A DNA stretch of 64,000 nt from the human T2T-CHM13v2.0 reference genome, Homo sapiens. Of the stretch, positions 14,876 through 29,332 are shown one piece after another. Location: NCBI RefSeq assembly GCF_009914755.1, contig NC_060930.1. One strand, given 5' to 3'. Position 1 is the first letter of the stretch, and each line of letters opens with the position of its first letter. Both the position numbers and the translations under genes were made by a program. Below the pieces are notes generated by a model. It did no database searches, was not told the DNA's origin, and saw only the letters and a program-made list of their open reading frames with translations.

Positions 14876-15550
14876 AATACAGAAATAGGCAAGGATACAA
14901 AAATTAAAATTATTTAGATGGATTAAAAAACAGCAGGCCCTTGAGGTAGTTATTTATTTTAATGGGACATTAAATGTACTATGTTTTCTGACAGTAGCAG
15001 AAAATTGAGTACTATACTTTCAAGACAGTAGCGGGGAAAAAAACCCTTGAGCAATAAAAATTTTATTGTTTGATAAAGTGAAGTAAACAAATTAATCTGG
15101 ATTTTTTTTCTTTAGCTTAATTTAATGAAGAATGAACCGTATCAAATCTTTGTTTTAAGGTATAATGATTCTAGTCCTAATGTGAAGTAGATCCTTAAGA
15201 CAGAAATTTGGATATGGGAGCATTTTCAGTAGAAAAAGGATGGTTTTAAGCAAGGCTAACGAGACAACTCTTGTCTGTGACTTTTTGTATTTTTATACAT
15301 TAAAGAAAATTGTTATTTGACTTCATTTCTATGTCCAGCTCAAGGTAAATTTGGGAATCACCTTCATTTGACCACTTTCACCTTGGCTTTCTTAATTTTA
15401 CCATTATAAGATAATAACTATAAAAATTTATCTTGATGAAAATTAAATAGTGGGAAAAGGGAGATCTAAATAGGAAGTTTGAGGAACTGCAAAATCTATA
15501 CCTGCTGAGAGACTAGTCAAGATGTTGGCTTATAAAATTAATAAATTGTT

Positions 15551-15874
<324 letters not shown>

Positions 15875-16672
15875 TTAGAAGTGAGCAGAAATATAATTTA
15901 GGGAGATTTGGCACTCATCCTATACCACCAAGTACTGAACAGGAAAGATACTTTCCTACTGGGAACAAATTGCAGTGCCTTTAGAGGAAAACACAAAAGC
16001 ACCTTCAGGAGAAGGAGTGTTGAAATCAAATAATAATTTTAATTTATGTCGCTTTTCATTTAAAGAACTCAGTCACATTTGCTTATTAGCTTTCGGAAAG
16101 TAGTTGTAAATTGTGTTTGAATTATTGTAATCCTTTTTTTTTTGTTACAAATAAATTGAGGCATAGAGAAATCGACATGTAGTAACTGCTATTGAGGTTA
16201 TTTAAAGAGGGTGAATGTCTAATAGCCATGCTAGTTTTGGTGTCTGATAGAATAAGGGACCCTTCAGATAGAACCTGTCCTTTCTAGAATCCCTATTCAT
16301 AATGGAAGCTTTAGAAAGTCATATTTGTATTATGTACTCTCCTTCCTTCTCCTCATACTCAGCCATGTCTGATTATATCACCAGCGGGTACATGATCCAG
16401 GGATAGGTAGATTTTGACTGGTAGCCTGGTCAAGCAGGGATGATCTCTTTCCAAGCAACACTTTTGGTAGAAATGGTTAGAATCAAGAAATTAGAAGCAA
16501 TAGTAGAACTGATGAAACACATGTGGAGTAATTGTGGTACTCATTCATAGCATTTGCAGAAACAGCAGTAAAATAGACTTCCCAAAGAATTAAAGATGAG
16601 ATCCGTCCTTTAATTCTTTTCATATTTTTAGAATTAAACCTCACTTAGTACATTAAAATACATATAACAGAA

Positions 16673-17146
16673 TGTCAAGGGTCAGAGAGTTTATCCAATT
16701 CCAAGGCAACATGTTAGCCTGCCAAAGTTCATGGATGCTAGTCAAAGACATGAGACTCCTGGAATAGAGAAAAAGGTTTATTTATTACTTACAGCAATAG
16801 CAGTGGGCAGAGTATCAGCATTTTTGTGCTAGCTTGACAAGTCGCAATTCCTACAAGGTGACATTAAGGAAGCAAGATGACATCTGTGTGTGCACACGAC
16901 AGAACTCTGAGCTTAGGAAACTTGAATCTTTTATGATAGGCAATGCACATACCTGTCCTTCTTTTAGGAGGCAGACCCTGAAAGCTGTAAGCAAACCTGT
17001 CCTTGCTCCAAGGGGGATACTATCTCTGTCTTCCATGGCTGTTTTAAATGCAAGCATCCTTAGAAAAATAGGCTAGAAAAAAGACAGTGCCTTTGCTCAC
17101 AAGTTCTACAGAAACGTGAGATACCACAGAGAATTGTCTCTCAATA
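16673..17146 (-). mobile_element. Solo ERV1-class LTR (MER90/MER110-like)
   Basis: The minus strand begins 'tattgagagacaattctc' and ends '...cttgaca', with internal 'ggaagacagagatagtatccccc..ggagcaaggacaggtttgcttacagc'. Subfamily uncertain. Confidence 0.65.
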
Positions 17147-17511
17147 TAGTTTAGCAGATATAGAAAGTTATTTCTTAATATATGAGATATAAAAATCAAT
17201 AGAAAATATTAAGAATCTTAATCTTTGTAATATATGTAAACATTTCATATACAGAGAAATGGTAATTAAGTTAGGTGTTTTTTGGTATTACCAGACTATG
17301 TACTTCAACTTATTTCTAGATGCATGAACTTATTAATGCCACTAATGTAATATGTAAGATCTTTAATCCTAAGTGATCAAATTTTGCTTTAACTTTTTTC
17401 TGTGCTTATTCCACTAAGTTTAATATCTAAGTTTTCATGTTTCTAAATTGTACGTAATACATTTTAATATGTAAAATGCTTTGATTCTGAAACATACTTC
17501 TTCATGTAATG

Positions 17512-17603
17512 ATCAAGTAAATAGATTATAAGAACGTAGATTAGTAATAGATTAGTAATAGATTATAAGAATGTAAATCAAGTAAATAGATTATAAGGAC
17601 GTA
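17512..17603. repeat. Imperfect iterated local duplication
   Basis: The 27-mer atcaagtaaatagattataag(a/g)acgta occurs at 17512 and 17577, with (tagattagtaa)x2 plus a partial copy between. Confidence 0.85.
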
Positions 17604-18875
17604 ATCTGCATAGACATTGTTCCACTCAAGGATTCTATTGAAAGTTATATTGCTTGAATGTATAGTTGATATTTTCATTACTCTCTTTGAGTAATCCTGA
17701 GTTTAGGATCTAATATCCAGAAATGTAGCCCTCCAATTTATTAAACATCATAAAAAATTTATTTTACTATGATGAATAGATGTTATATAGTTCAGTGTAT
17801 TATAATCTGTATTTCTATATATGTCTATTCAGGATGTTCTAGTGGTTTCCAAAAGAAATATAAATAATTATTTCAAGGGTATTGAGATACTCCTTGCTGC
17901 TCAGTTTATATGAATGTATCTTCTGTTTTCAGCAACATGTACAAAAACCCATGAACTTGATTTTTTATCTTGATACAGTAGTCAACATTTTAGCATTTCT
18001 AACTAAATTTAATCCTGAAAATATGAATTTCTTTTGGGGGAAAATGATTTAGTGGATGCAGGATTTGTCCATATCACATTTCCATAAAGTTTCTTTCCAA
18101 AATTTGTGTCCTGAACATCTTCAAAAAATTATTATCAGTTCTAACAATTCCAAATGGGCTTGGCTAAAGCCTCACCTCTCAGGTGTGCATATTGTTTGTA
18201 TTTATCTTAGTCATCAATCTGTTGATTTATATCGGAATGTAAGCATGTCCTGCTGTATAAACATTACTGTCAGGAGAACTTATTGTATAATAGAATATTA
18301 TAGAACTTCACTCAATTCATTAAGCTCTTATACTTTATTTTCCTAGTGAGCTTGGAAGGTGTCTCCACAGTTATTCTTCTCCACAAACACAGTGAGTGTC
18401 CAAAACATTCATATCTCTGTACTGTTTCTAGGCACTCTTCTGAAGCTAGAGCCACCCCTATTATCTCATACCTTGTTTTATTTGTTCTTATTGCACTGTC
18501 TTCTACCTTACTAAGCAGTCAAATTATTTTTACTATCATATAAAAGCTATGTTTAGTAGCACTATTTTTAAACTGGAAATTGCTATCCTGACATCTGCCC
18601 CTTTATATAAATCAGAAATATTTCTCAGATCTCCAGAGCCCTCTGTGTTTAAAGGTAATTAAAAACTTTCTTTCAGAATTCCTACAAATGAGTCTAAGAT
18701 CATTTTATCTATCTACACTTTTCAAATAAATATTAATTGTGGACATTTTTAACAGAACTTGTCTCCATTGATTACTCAAAATGACAGAATAGTTAGGATT
18801 GAGGTGAGCCTAAATTTGTTCTCTAAACAATTGAATAAATTAGGTCTCTTAATCTTTTCTAAATTGATATTTTCT

Positions 18876-18908
18876 AAATTATAATTTGAATCATTCAAAT
18901 TATAATTT
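18876..18908. repeat. Perfect 16-bp inverted repeat with 1-nt spacer
   Basis: aaattataatttgaat (18876-18891), c, attcaaattataattt (18893-18908). Confidence 0.9.
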
Positions 18909-18910
18909 GA

Positions 18911-19259
<349 letters not shown>

Positions 19260-19434
19260 TTCCTAGACCTTTTCAATGGACAGAGTTAAATAAATATAAA
19301 CTGTATTTGAATCATTCAGATTATAATTTGGATATTCTGTTGAGTATTTGCTGCTCTTATATAAAGTGTTGGGAAAATGTGTGGTTGGATAGCAAGCATC
19401 CTGTTTACTCTGTTGTAATGCTATGATTAAAAAA

Positions 19435-19816
19435 CATTTTAATTATGTGAAATTTTAAACATGCACAGACATATACAAGAGTAGTACAAGTCCTCTGTGT
19501 ACCTGTCACCTACCATCAATTCAGTGACATACTTGGTTTAATTATGTCTCTACACTCAGCCCATCTGGATTGTTTAGAAACAAATTCCAGATATAGCATT
19601 TTTCATCTTTAAATACTTTACTGAATGTTTTAAAAAGATAAATACCCTTCTAAAAGTATAATACCATTCACCACCTAGAAGTAAATAATAATTCCTTAGA
19701 ATAAGTTTGTGTTCAAATCATCCCAATTGCCTACTTTTTTTTTTTTTTTTGCCAATTTACTTTGCATCACTGTGGCTTTGTTTGGCATGTTCCTGTGTTC
19801 CTTGCATTTTCTGTAC

Positions 19817-19859
<43 letters not shown>

Positions 19860-20780
19860 TTTATTAGATGCAGGTTTGATTTTTTAAATATCATGTGGCC
19901 AGAATTACTTTATGAGTGGAATTTTGTACTTCCATTGGAAGGTATCTAATATCTCACCATCCTTCATTTTATGATATTAGGAAATACTGATAATAACTCT
20001 TTAGATTATTTATTATAGAATTGCAAAATGGTAATATTGTAATTTTATTCTTTTTGCTTCCTTTCATTAAAAAGCTGGAATACTATTATAAAGAGAAGCT
20101 TCTTGCTTATCAATTATTTGATTTAGTTACTCTAAAGTTTTGTTGATACAGAGAAGGATAGATGCTTAATTATTTCCCTCAGTGTGCCAACTTTCATCAA
20201 ACTTAGTTGCTTTCCTAGAATCCTTCTAAGGAGCTGACCAAATATACTTTTAAAATATACTTGTAAACTCATATTTGGTTTGTTTCAATCCACTGTAGTT
20301 ATTATACTTATCGAGGCTCAAATAACCCCACCTATATATAAAGGAAAACTCTTCAAGTTGAATCTCTGGTCTTTTTGATGTTTTAATATTTTTATTACTT
20401 TCTACTATGAACAGATGTCCCAGACTCATCATGTATATTTTCTTTCCTAGCCTTATAATTATCTATTTCTTTATGAGGCTTTGGTATAATTTAGGCAGTA
20501 GGGATGCTCTTTACTGTTGGAATTTTCATTTTTTTCCTAGACCTTTTCAATGGACAGAGTTAATAAATTGCACCTTTTTAAAAAATGAAAGTTAAGTTTA
20601 TACTAATATTTCTGACTCAAAATTTTATTACTTGTTTTCACTTGAATTTGCTGATTTTATATGTATTTCTCTTAAACCATAAACTGTGATTTTTTTCTAT
20701 TGATGCATACATAATTATTTGTTTGTCTCACCATTTTATATATAAAACAATTTCAAAGATGTTATTTTGAGTGATAGTCT
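19435..20780 (-). mobile_element. Old L1 3' region (L1MC/L1ME-like)
   Basis: Antisense motifs 'ttttaattatgtgaaattttaaacatgcacag', 'agttattatacttatcgaggctcaaat', 'agatgtcccagactcatc' and 'tttcaatggacagagtta'. Confidence 0.65.
19817..19858. repeat. (ATAG)10 tetranucleotide microsatellite
   Basis: Read directly from the sequence. Confidence 0.98.
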
Positions 20781-21057
20781 TCCAGCTCTGCAGAAATTAT
20801 TAAATAATGTTTATTCTTCTGAACATTTCCACCTGACACAAGCAAAAACAATCACTAAGTAGGGAATTGGAAATCAAGGACATGGTCTATAATGCCTTCC
20901 TGGCAGAGCATTAAACTTTAATTCCCATCCTTGGTTATATTCTAGAAGCCACTATGACTTTGGACCATTGGGATAAAAAAGGCATTATTAGATCAGCTTT
21001 TAATACCTATGTTGCTGATGACTACAATGCTATCTTTGCTTACGGTGTACAAAATTT

Positions 21058-21520
21058 CTTTTTTTTATTATTATACTTTAAGTTCTAGTGTACATGTGCA
21101 CAACGTGCAGGTTTGTTACATATGTCTACATGAGCCATGTTGGTGTGCTGCACCCATTAACTCATCATTTACATTAGGTATATCTCCTAATGCTATCCCT
21201 CCCCCATCCCCCGACCCCACGACAGGCCCCAGTGTGTGATGTTCCCCTTCCTGTGTCCAAGTGTTCTTATTGTTTAATTCCCATCTGTGAGTGAGAACAT
21301 GTGGTGTTTGGTGTTTTGTCCTTGTGATAGTTTGCTGAGAATGATGGTTTCCAGCTTCATCCATGTCCCTACAAAGGACATGAACTTATCCTTTTTTATG
21401 GCTGCATAGTATTCCATGGTGTATATGTGCCACATTTTCTTAATCCAGTCTATCATTGATGGACATTTGGGTTGGTTCCAAGTCTTTGCTATTGTGAATA
21501 GTGCTGCAATAAACATACAT
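21058..21520 (-). mobile_element. L1PA 3' end (5'-truncated)
   Basis: ORF 21274-21516 is the L1 ORF2p C-terminus (MFIAALFTIAKTWNQPKCPSMIDWIKKMW...), followed by the L1PA 3'UTR and tail. Confidence 0.95.
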
Positions 21521-22994
21521 TTCTATTTTACCAAATATTTGTTTTGTTAAAATTGCTCTATATCCTTTTGTGTGTCAGCTAGTTAACTCTTTTTTCACTA
21601 TAAAACCTATGAAGACAATAAACCAACCTACATATAGTAAAATACAAATTGTAGGTAGCGTATAGCAAGTAGTTAAAAGAGGTTGGGCTTGATGTTTATT
21701 AGAGAACTTTCAAGGAACCACGTAAGTTTGAAGAGAATCCTTCTTGGTCAGAAGGTAAAACAACTAGTATATTTTTAAAAATTTGATATTAAAATTGTGG
21801 TGAAACAACTAGAATATTTCTTCAAACATAAGTTTTCTTCCTGTGTTAATCTTCAAGCCATAGCTTTATTTTTTAATGTGGTGTACAATGGACTTCTCAA
21901 ATCTAGGCAAGATGTTCCATTCAGCCATCCCAGGTCCATTATGTTGATGTTAAGAGGTTTTTCTTTTTTGGATAGTTTTGAATTAGCAATTATACAACCA
22001 AAGAGAATGATTACTGCTTAATCTTGGGACTGTCATTATAAAATTAATAATCTGTCTCAGTTCTTCACTAGGGAACATTCTTCTTTTGCTTCCTGCTGGT
22101 AAAAATAAAATCACAAATGTGTTTAGTGCTTTCTTGTCCTTCACATTTCATTCTCTTTACATGAGAGAGAACAATTGATTTGGTATAATTTAACTTAATT
22201 TTGACTTTCTAATAATTAAACATTTAGTTTTGAGCTGAGAGTTTTTATTACTATGATTTTATTATGGCTGATGCTCTTCATAGGCTGCAGATAAATCTTT
22301 AGAGGGACTGTAGAACTGTTATAGGAAAGCAAAAGTATGAACAGCAAATGAGTGATTCTGTTGGTCTTACGACTTTTCTTTCAACATTACTTTCTCAAAT
22401 AAACTGAAGAAATAGGACCATAAAATTTTCTTTGTAGGATAATAACTGTAACAGCTTGATTCGTTGAATATGTAAATTATATTTTAAAAATTCATTTTTG
22501 TATTCCAAGCAAGAGCTTCTGATCACTATAGCAAAACAGAAATATTGGTGTTTTCACAACTAATAAATCACTCACATTACAGGTCCAATCCTCAGCAACA
22601 CTATGATATCCTCCTTAATATATTCATCTGCTATCTCAGATGTCATATTTTAAAATTAAATTTTAAACTGATTATCCAGAAAGTATTACTAGAACAAAAG
22701 ATGATAATACCCATGGGATGAAGATGGAAATAGGATGGATTTTATTTTAATAGGGGATCAAATGTCTGTAAGTTGTCTCAAAATGGAACTCCAATTTTGA
22801 AATTTAGGTCAATAACCTCTAAAGGAAGGTTTTTCCAGCTGGCATACTTCAGGTCATGTACTCTTAGCACCAATATGAGCTATTTTCTTTTTCTGAGATT
22901 GAACAACCGTGGAAAAACTAAACTCATCTACATAAACTTCTAGTACCAGGATTTTTAACTGCTTCATTTTGCTTCATCCATTTTGAAAGCATAT

Positions 22995-23097
22995 GTGTAT
23001 TCACTTGGTTTAATAATTTTACAATGTATACATATATCAAAACATCACATGGACCCAGAATTATATACAATTATTTTCTGTCAATTAGAATTTAAAA

Positions 23098-23129
<32 letters not shown>

Positions 23130-23136
23130 AATAATA
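22995..23136 (+). mobile_element. L1MA 3'-terminal fragment with (TAAA)n tail
   Basis: 'ttttacaatgtatacatatatcaaaacatcacatg...tgtcaatta' followed by (TAAA)n. Confidence 0.7.
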
Positions 23137-23625
23137 AGAAGAACTTTTTAAAAAAGTATTTTTCCTGCTCTGGCTTATGTCATACTAACTCTCAGGGCTT
23201 TTTTTTTTTTAAAAAAAAGGCATTCTATACATGAGTATGACTAATTCATTTGCTAGAATTGTGCAACAATTAAATATTTAATTTAAGAAATAGCTCATCT
23301 TTTTTTCTCATTAATAACTTGGAGAACTTGAAAAAAGAATTTTCTCATAATTCTCTAAACACATCATAGACACAGCTCAACAGCGTAATAGAAAACCACC
23401 ATGATTCAGCCTTATGGTTGGAGGTAGAAATACTGCTAGTGTACCCATGTGAATGGATTAGTTTAGGGGCCTTTTAAATCCAAGGAGTGGGTGAGATTTA
23501 AGATAAATTATTTTGATTGAATAAATTTAGTTGAGTAGGGGCAATGGAAAAAATTAAGGTCTACAAAGCCAGAAACACCCTACTATCCAATAAAGCAGAA
23601 AATAGTGAGTGATGGAAAGAACTAG

Positions 23626-23935
<310 letters not shown>

Positions 23936-23936
23936 T

Positions 23937-25835
23937 ACAATGGCATATAAAAAATACTTAGGAATAAATTTAACCACAGATAAAAGATGTGTATGTACAC
24001 TGAAAACTAGAAAACATATATGAAAGAAATTGAAGGCACAAATAAATGAAAAGATATCCCATGTTCAGAGATTGGAAGAATTAATGTTGCTTAAACTGTC
24101 CATGCTACCCAAAGTGATCTACAGATTCAACTCAATTTCTATCAAAATCCCAAGGACATTTTTTATAGAAATAGAAAAAATAATTTTAAAATTCATATGA
24201 AACCACTAAAGACCCCAAATTGCCAATGCAATCTTGAGCAAAGAGAATAAAGCTATAGTAATCAAAACAGCATGGTACTGTACAAGACAGGTATGTAGTC
24301 TAATAGAACAGAATACAAAGCCCATAAATAAATCCTTGCATTCGTGGTCAACTGATCTACAACGAAGTTGCCAAGAACACACACTTCAACAAATGGTGTT
24401 GAAACAACTGCATATTCATATGCAAAATAAATTAGGGCCTTATCTCTCACTATATATAAAAATCAACTAAAAATAAAGACTTAAATGTAAGACCTCAAAC
24501 TGTAATACTTCTAGAAGAAAATGGGATAAATGCTCCTTGACATTGACCTGGGCAAAGATGCTTTTTTTTTTTTTGTATGTGACCTCAAAAGCACAAGCAA
24601 CAAAAGCAAAAATAGATAAATGGAATTACAAATAGATAAATGGAATTACAAATGTTTGCAAAAGCAAAGTAAAAGCCTTTGCAGAACAAGAAAACAATCA
24701 ACAGAGTGAAGAGACAACCTATTGAATGTGAGAAAATATTTGCAATCCATACCTCTGATAAGGGGTTAAATATTCAAAATACTTAAGAAAATCAAACAAC
24801 TCAATAGCAAGAACGCAAATAACCCAATTACAAATTGGGTTATTTGATTTCCTTAAGGATTTGGCAAAAGACCTAAAAAAAGTTCTCAAATAAAGATATA
24901 CAAATGGCCAAAAAGTACATGAAAAAATTGTTAATATCACTAGTCATCAGGGAAATGCAAATCAAAACTACAATGAGATATTACCTCATACTGTTAGGAT
25001 GGCTATTATCAAAAAGACAAGAGATAAGTGTTAAGGAGGATATAGAGAAAGGGAACCCTTGTAACACCATTGGAGGGGATGTGAATTAGTACAGCCATAT
25101 TGGAAAATAGTGGGGAGGTTCTTCAAAAAATTAAAAATAGAGCTATCATATGGCTCAGCAATTCCACTTTTGGATATATCTAGAAAGGAAATGAAATCAT
25201 GGTGCTGAAGAGGTATCGGCACGCCCACTTTCATTGCAGCATTGTTCACAGTAGCTAAGGCATGGAAAGACCTAAATATCATGGGTGGATGGATGGATTA
25301 GGAAAATGTGGGAAATATACACAATTTTTAAGATTGAATAATATTCAGTCTTAAAAAAGAATGAAATTCTATCATTTGAAATAACAAGGATAAAACTAGA
25401 GGAAATTGTGCTAAGTTAAATAATCCAGGCACAGAAAGACAAGTACTGCATAATCTCATTTATATGTGGAATTTTTAAACGTCAAATTTATAGAAGTAGA
25501 ATGTATGATGGTAGTTACTAGAGGCTGCAGTGTGGAATAGAGAAGATGTTCAAAGGATACAAATTTTCGGTTAGACAAAATAAAAAGTTCAGTAGAGCTA
25601 CTGTAAAACATGGTGACTATGGTTAAAAACAATGTATTGTATACTGAAAAATTGCTAAGATAGTAGATTTAAATGTTCTCACCACAAAAAAAGGCAAGTA
25701 TGTAAAGTAATGGACAGATATGTTCATTAGTTTGATTTAGCCATTTTACTGTATATATATATCAAAACATCACATTGTACACTATACATGCAATTTTCGT
25801 CAATTAAAAATTAATTAAAAATAAAAAAATTAAAA
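23937..25835 (+). mobile_element. L1MA, 3' ~1.9 kb (decayed ORF2 plus 3'UTR)
   Basis: ORF2-like peptides KAIVIKTAWY (ORF 24234) and SLVIREMQIKTTMRY (ORF 24904), then an L1MA 3'UTR and A-rich tail. Confidence 0.92.
24611..24650. repeat. Perfect 20-bp tandem duplication
   Basis: aatagataaatggaattaca x2. Confidence 0.95.
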
Positions 25836-27033
25836 CCAAAATGACCACGCAAACAAACATACAAACCAAAAAGAAATAGCTGAATTTCATATATAACCAG
25901 ACCACAAACAAATTTTAAGTTTAAAACACCACAGCTAGGGTTTTGTTGGGTTTTGTTTAATAGCCAAGAGTCTAGGCCCCAAACTTACATTCCTGCTACT
26001 TAGCACAACATTTGAAATTCCACTAATAGAGATTCATTTGGAATGACATCCAGGACACGTTTGGAAGAAGTAAAAAACAAATTTGTAAAATTATTATTGA
26101 TCTGTATGGGATTTTTTTTATCTCTTATTTTTGGACTGGTAGAGTGGTTAAAGGGGAAGACATGTTTGTGGAATATAGCCTCCCTTATTTAGCAGTTTAA
26201 GCGAACTGGAGGCCAAGGATTAATATTCTCCAAGGAAGCAAATGCCAATATTTGGAGAGGGAAGTGGGAACAGGAAAAATCAAATTATTATCCTTCCTAG
26301 AAGATTTCTCAGGCATCCTGCAACAATTTCTGCTTGGCAGGCTGAAGCTAGATACTCTTAAACAGAAGACAACTTTGCATTTCACAATTAGAGATGAAAG
26401 CTCACCATACAAACAAATAGAACAAGAATAGTTAACACAGAAGAAATGTGTTTTTTTTTTTTCAAAGTATAAATGTATTTGAATCTTTCTCGGTTTAACA
26501 AGGAGATTTAGAAATGTGCTTGCATTTGGCACTGAGAGTTATAGATGGGGGCAGAGGAGAAGAAAGAAAGAGGTTGCAGAGAATTTGTTTCACAAATTTA
26601 TCTGTGCAGTTCCACTCATTTTTCTTGGTCAGTGATATATCCAAACTATGGCTGGAATGCATGTAAGTAGGACTGAAGCTGTTAAACTGAAAGCACCCTG
26701 CCATAGAAACAAGTGGATATTCTTAACCATATTTAATCAATACAGAAAAGACATCTGATAGGATGATATAGGAAAAAAATCATAGACTTTTCAAGAAGAT
26801 GAATGACGAATGGCTCTTGGAAATTACATTTCACCTATATGATGCTTTTCTCTTCTTGCCTATAGTTAGTGAAATGTAATGTCTTTTTCTTTTGTTACCT
26901 AGTTCTCTATCTTCCACTGATCTTCCTTATGTCCATAAAGTCTATACTCTTTACCTCATCTATGCCATACATATCACTTTCTTATACTAGGTCTTATTTA
27001 ATACAAGTAACCTTTGTTCTTTGAATTTACTCA

Positions 27034-27075
27034 GTTCCTGGGTTTAGATAACTTGTTCCTGGGTTTAGATAACTT
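27034..27075. repeat. Perfect 21-bp tandem duplication
   Basis: gttcctgggtttagataactt x2. Confidence 0.95.
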
Positions 27076-28701
27076 GTTTGGATAGTTGTGTTCACATGTT
27101 AAAGGATGCTGTGATATCTGAATATCTGAATTATTTGGTTCCCTTTAGATATGGGATAGTGAGAGGTTTGGATAATGATGAATTTTTCTGAAAACTTACT
27201 TGAATCTATGTGAAAATAGAAATAGAGTTCAACTAGTAATCATTAATTGTGGTTCTGGAGAATTCTTAGTCCTCTTGTCAGCAATTTGTCAATGCTCATA
27301 GTGTGTTTGCCATGTTATTGGTGGTATTGATGATTTCAAAACACTGAGCTTAGAGAGAAAACATATCCTACCTGAATAAAGACTGGAATTTAAAAGCAGA
27401 AAAGCATGTGTAGCCTGCCCCTCCCTTTGTCACCAGCCAGGCTTCTCTCTCCAGCCAGACAGGCCTGTAGGCTACTCTGAGGATGTGGGATGAGGGTCTG
27501 GGTCAGCAGGCAGGCAGTGACAAGGCTGAACTTCAGCACTGCCCCCAACTGCAAGGGGAAGAGCAAGGAGTCTGACCTGGCCTTCTTCAGGTTCTGGGGG
27601 TTGTGGCCAGATGCCAGGAGAGGGTGGAGAATTGTAGCAGAGCAGAGACTTAGAAAATAAAACACCTAATCAACTAAATAAACATTATAAATTATATGCC
27701 GAACACTTTGAGAACTCTATGATCTGTAGACCTTGTATTTATAGGGCAGTTCTTTGAGATAATGCAACATCCACACGATGCGCTCTTACCAATCATTTAG
27801 ACAATCCACATAGTAGACATAGAAAATGAATAAAAGAGTTGAGTGAAGATGAAATCAGAACATGGAAACAGAAAAAAAAAAAATGACCAAACTTCTCAAC
27901 AGGAAAAGAAAATAATATAAAGAAACTAGTAACAGCAATGCTTAGAATCCCAAGTGCGGAAGAAGGAGATGAGGACATTTTATCTTTAACCCTTGAAGAG
28001 AAGCAAAACAAAGAATACCTAAAATTTCTATTAGAAATTTGTATTCTTACAGGAAAGCAAAACGTACCTCTATATAAACATGAAGCTGATGAAATCCCAG
28101 AAGGTCTCTTTACTCCTGATAACTTCTAAGAACTGGTAGAGTGGCTGGTAAATTCTGTTCAAGAGGTCCTGAGAAAGCACTTTGAGACAACTGCAGTTAA
28201 CACACTGTTCTGTTAAGAAACCTATCAGAAACAGATGCTAGAGATCTGTCACAGCTATATTCAGGAAGAAATGTTCAGGGAAGTAAGAGACTCGCTCTTC
28301 TTTCCCTTATCACTGTCAATATAGAGGACATAATGGGGGAAGAGCATCACCTATGTTGGTGAGATTTGTCCATGAATCTCATAACCTGAAAGAGGATGTT
28401 GTAGGCTTCCCACCTTAGGAAGCTGATGCACAAAGTTTGGCTTTAAAATTCCACACTGTGGCAACTGAGAAGTGGGGGCTACAAATGGAGTATCATTATG
28501 GGCAGGCTTCCATTCTGTCCACTGAATTTTCTTCCAAAATGAAGTACTTGCTTCTAGACTTTGAAAAACATATCCCCAAGATACCTACAGAGGAGATATC
28601 TCTTCCTCTTCTTATGTCTTAAATATGTGGTTGGTAGAATCACTGACTGTTATGGGGAGTTTCTGTTGCATTGGGAACAATTGAAGTTTGTTCCTTTTTT
28701 C

Positions 28702-28994
28702 TTTTTTTTTTTTTTGAGACGGAGTCTCGCTCTGTCCCCCAGGCTGGAGTGCAGTGGCGTAATCTCGGCTGTCTGCAAGCTCCGCCTCCCGGGTTCACGC
28801 CATTCTGCCTCAGCCTCCCCAGTAGCTGGGACTACAGGCACCCGCCACCACGCCTGGCTAATTTTTTTTGTATTTTTAGTAGAGACGGGGTTTCACCATG
28901 TTAGCTAGGATGGTCTCGATCTCCTGACCTCGTGATCCCCCCGCCTTGGCCTCACAAAGTGTTGGATTACAGGCGTGAGCCACTGCGCCCAGCC
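28702..28994 (-). mobile_element. AluY inserted into the THAP12 pseudogene
   Basis: Y diagnostics and a 13-bp TSD tgttccttttttc (28689-28701) / tgttctttttttc (28995-29007). Confidence 0.96.
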
Positions 28995-29308
28995 TGTTCT
29001 TTTTTTCTATCAATCAGTTACCACAACTGCTTTTAGAACATGAAAATGTTATTTTTTTTCTTTTCCTGAAGAGTGAAGAAAGGGGTAAAGAACTGAAGGA
29101 AATTTGCCATTCTCCATGGACAAGAGGGCAGGATGCTTTTGAAATTTTAGTGGACCTTGTGAAAGCACTTATTTTATGTTGGCATGGTACAAATAGTGAC
29201 ACAAATATCAGATGCAATAATCGTATAGCTGCCCAAGCATTTGTACCCTGAAGTACAGTAACAGATTTTGATTTAATTGTTACCATTGTTGTTCTTTAAA
29301 ATGTCCTA

Positions 29309-29332
29309 TTTTTTTTTTTTTTTTTTTTTTTT
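29309..29332. repeat. T24 homopolymer within the pseudogene CDS
   Basis: Read directly; it sits at the ..NVLSFTR.. codons. Confidence 0.95.

Noticed and set aside
21274-21516. Clean L1 ORF2p C-terminal ORF (also 55141-55323)
   Set aside because: These are short 5'-truncated L1 ends with no promoter, endonuclease or RT.
23199-23218. T12A8 self-complementary run
   Set aside because: A common low-complexity junction with no supporting context.
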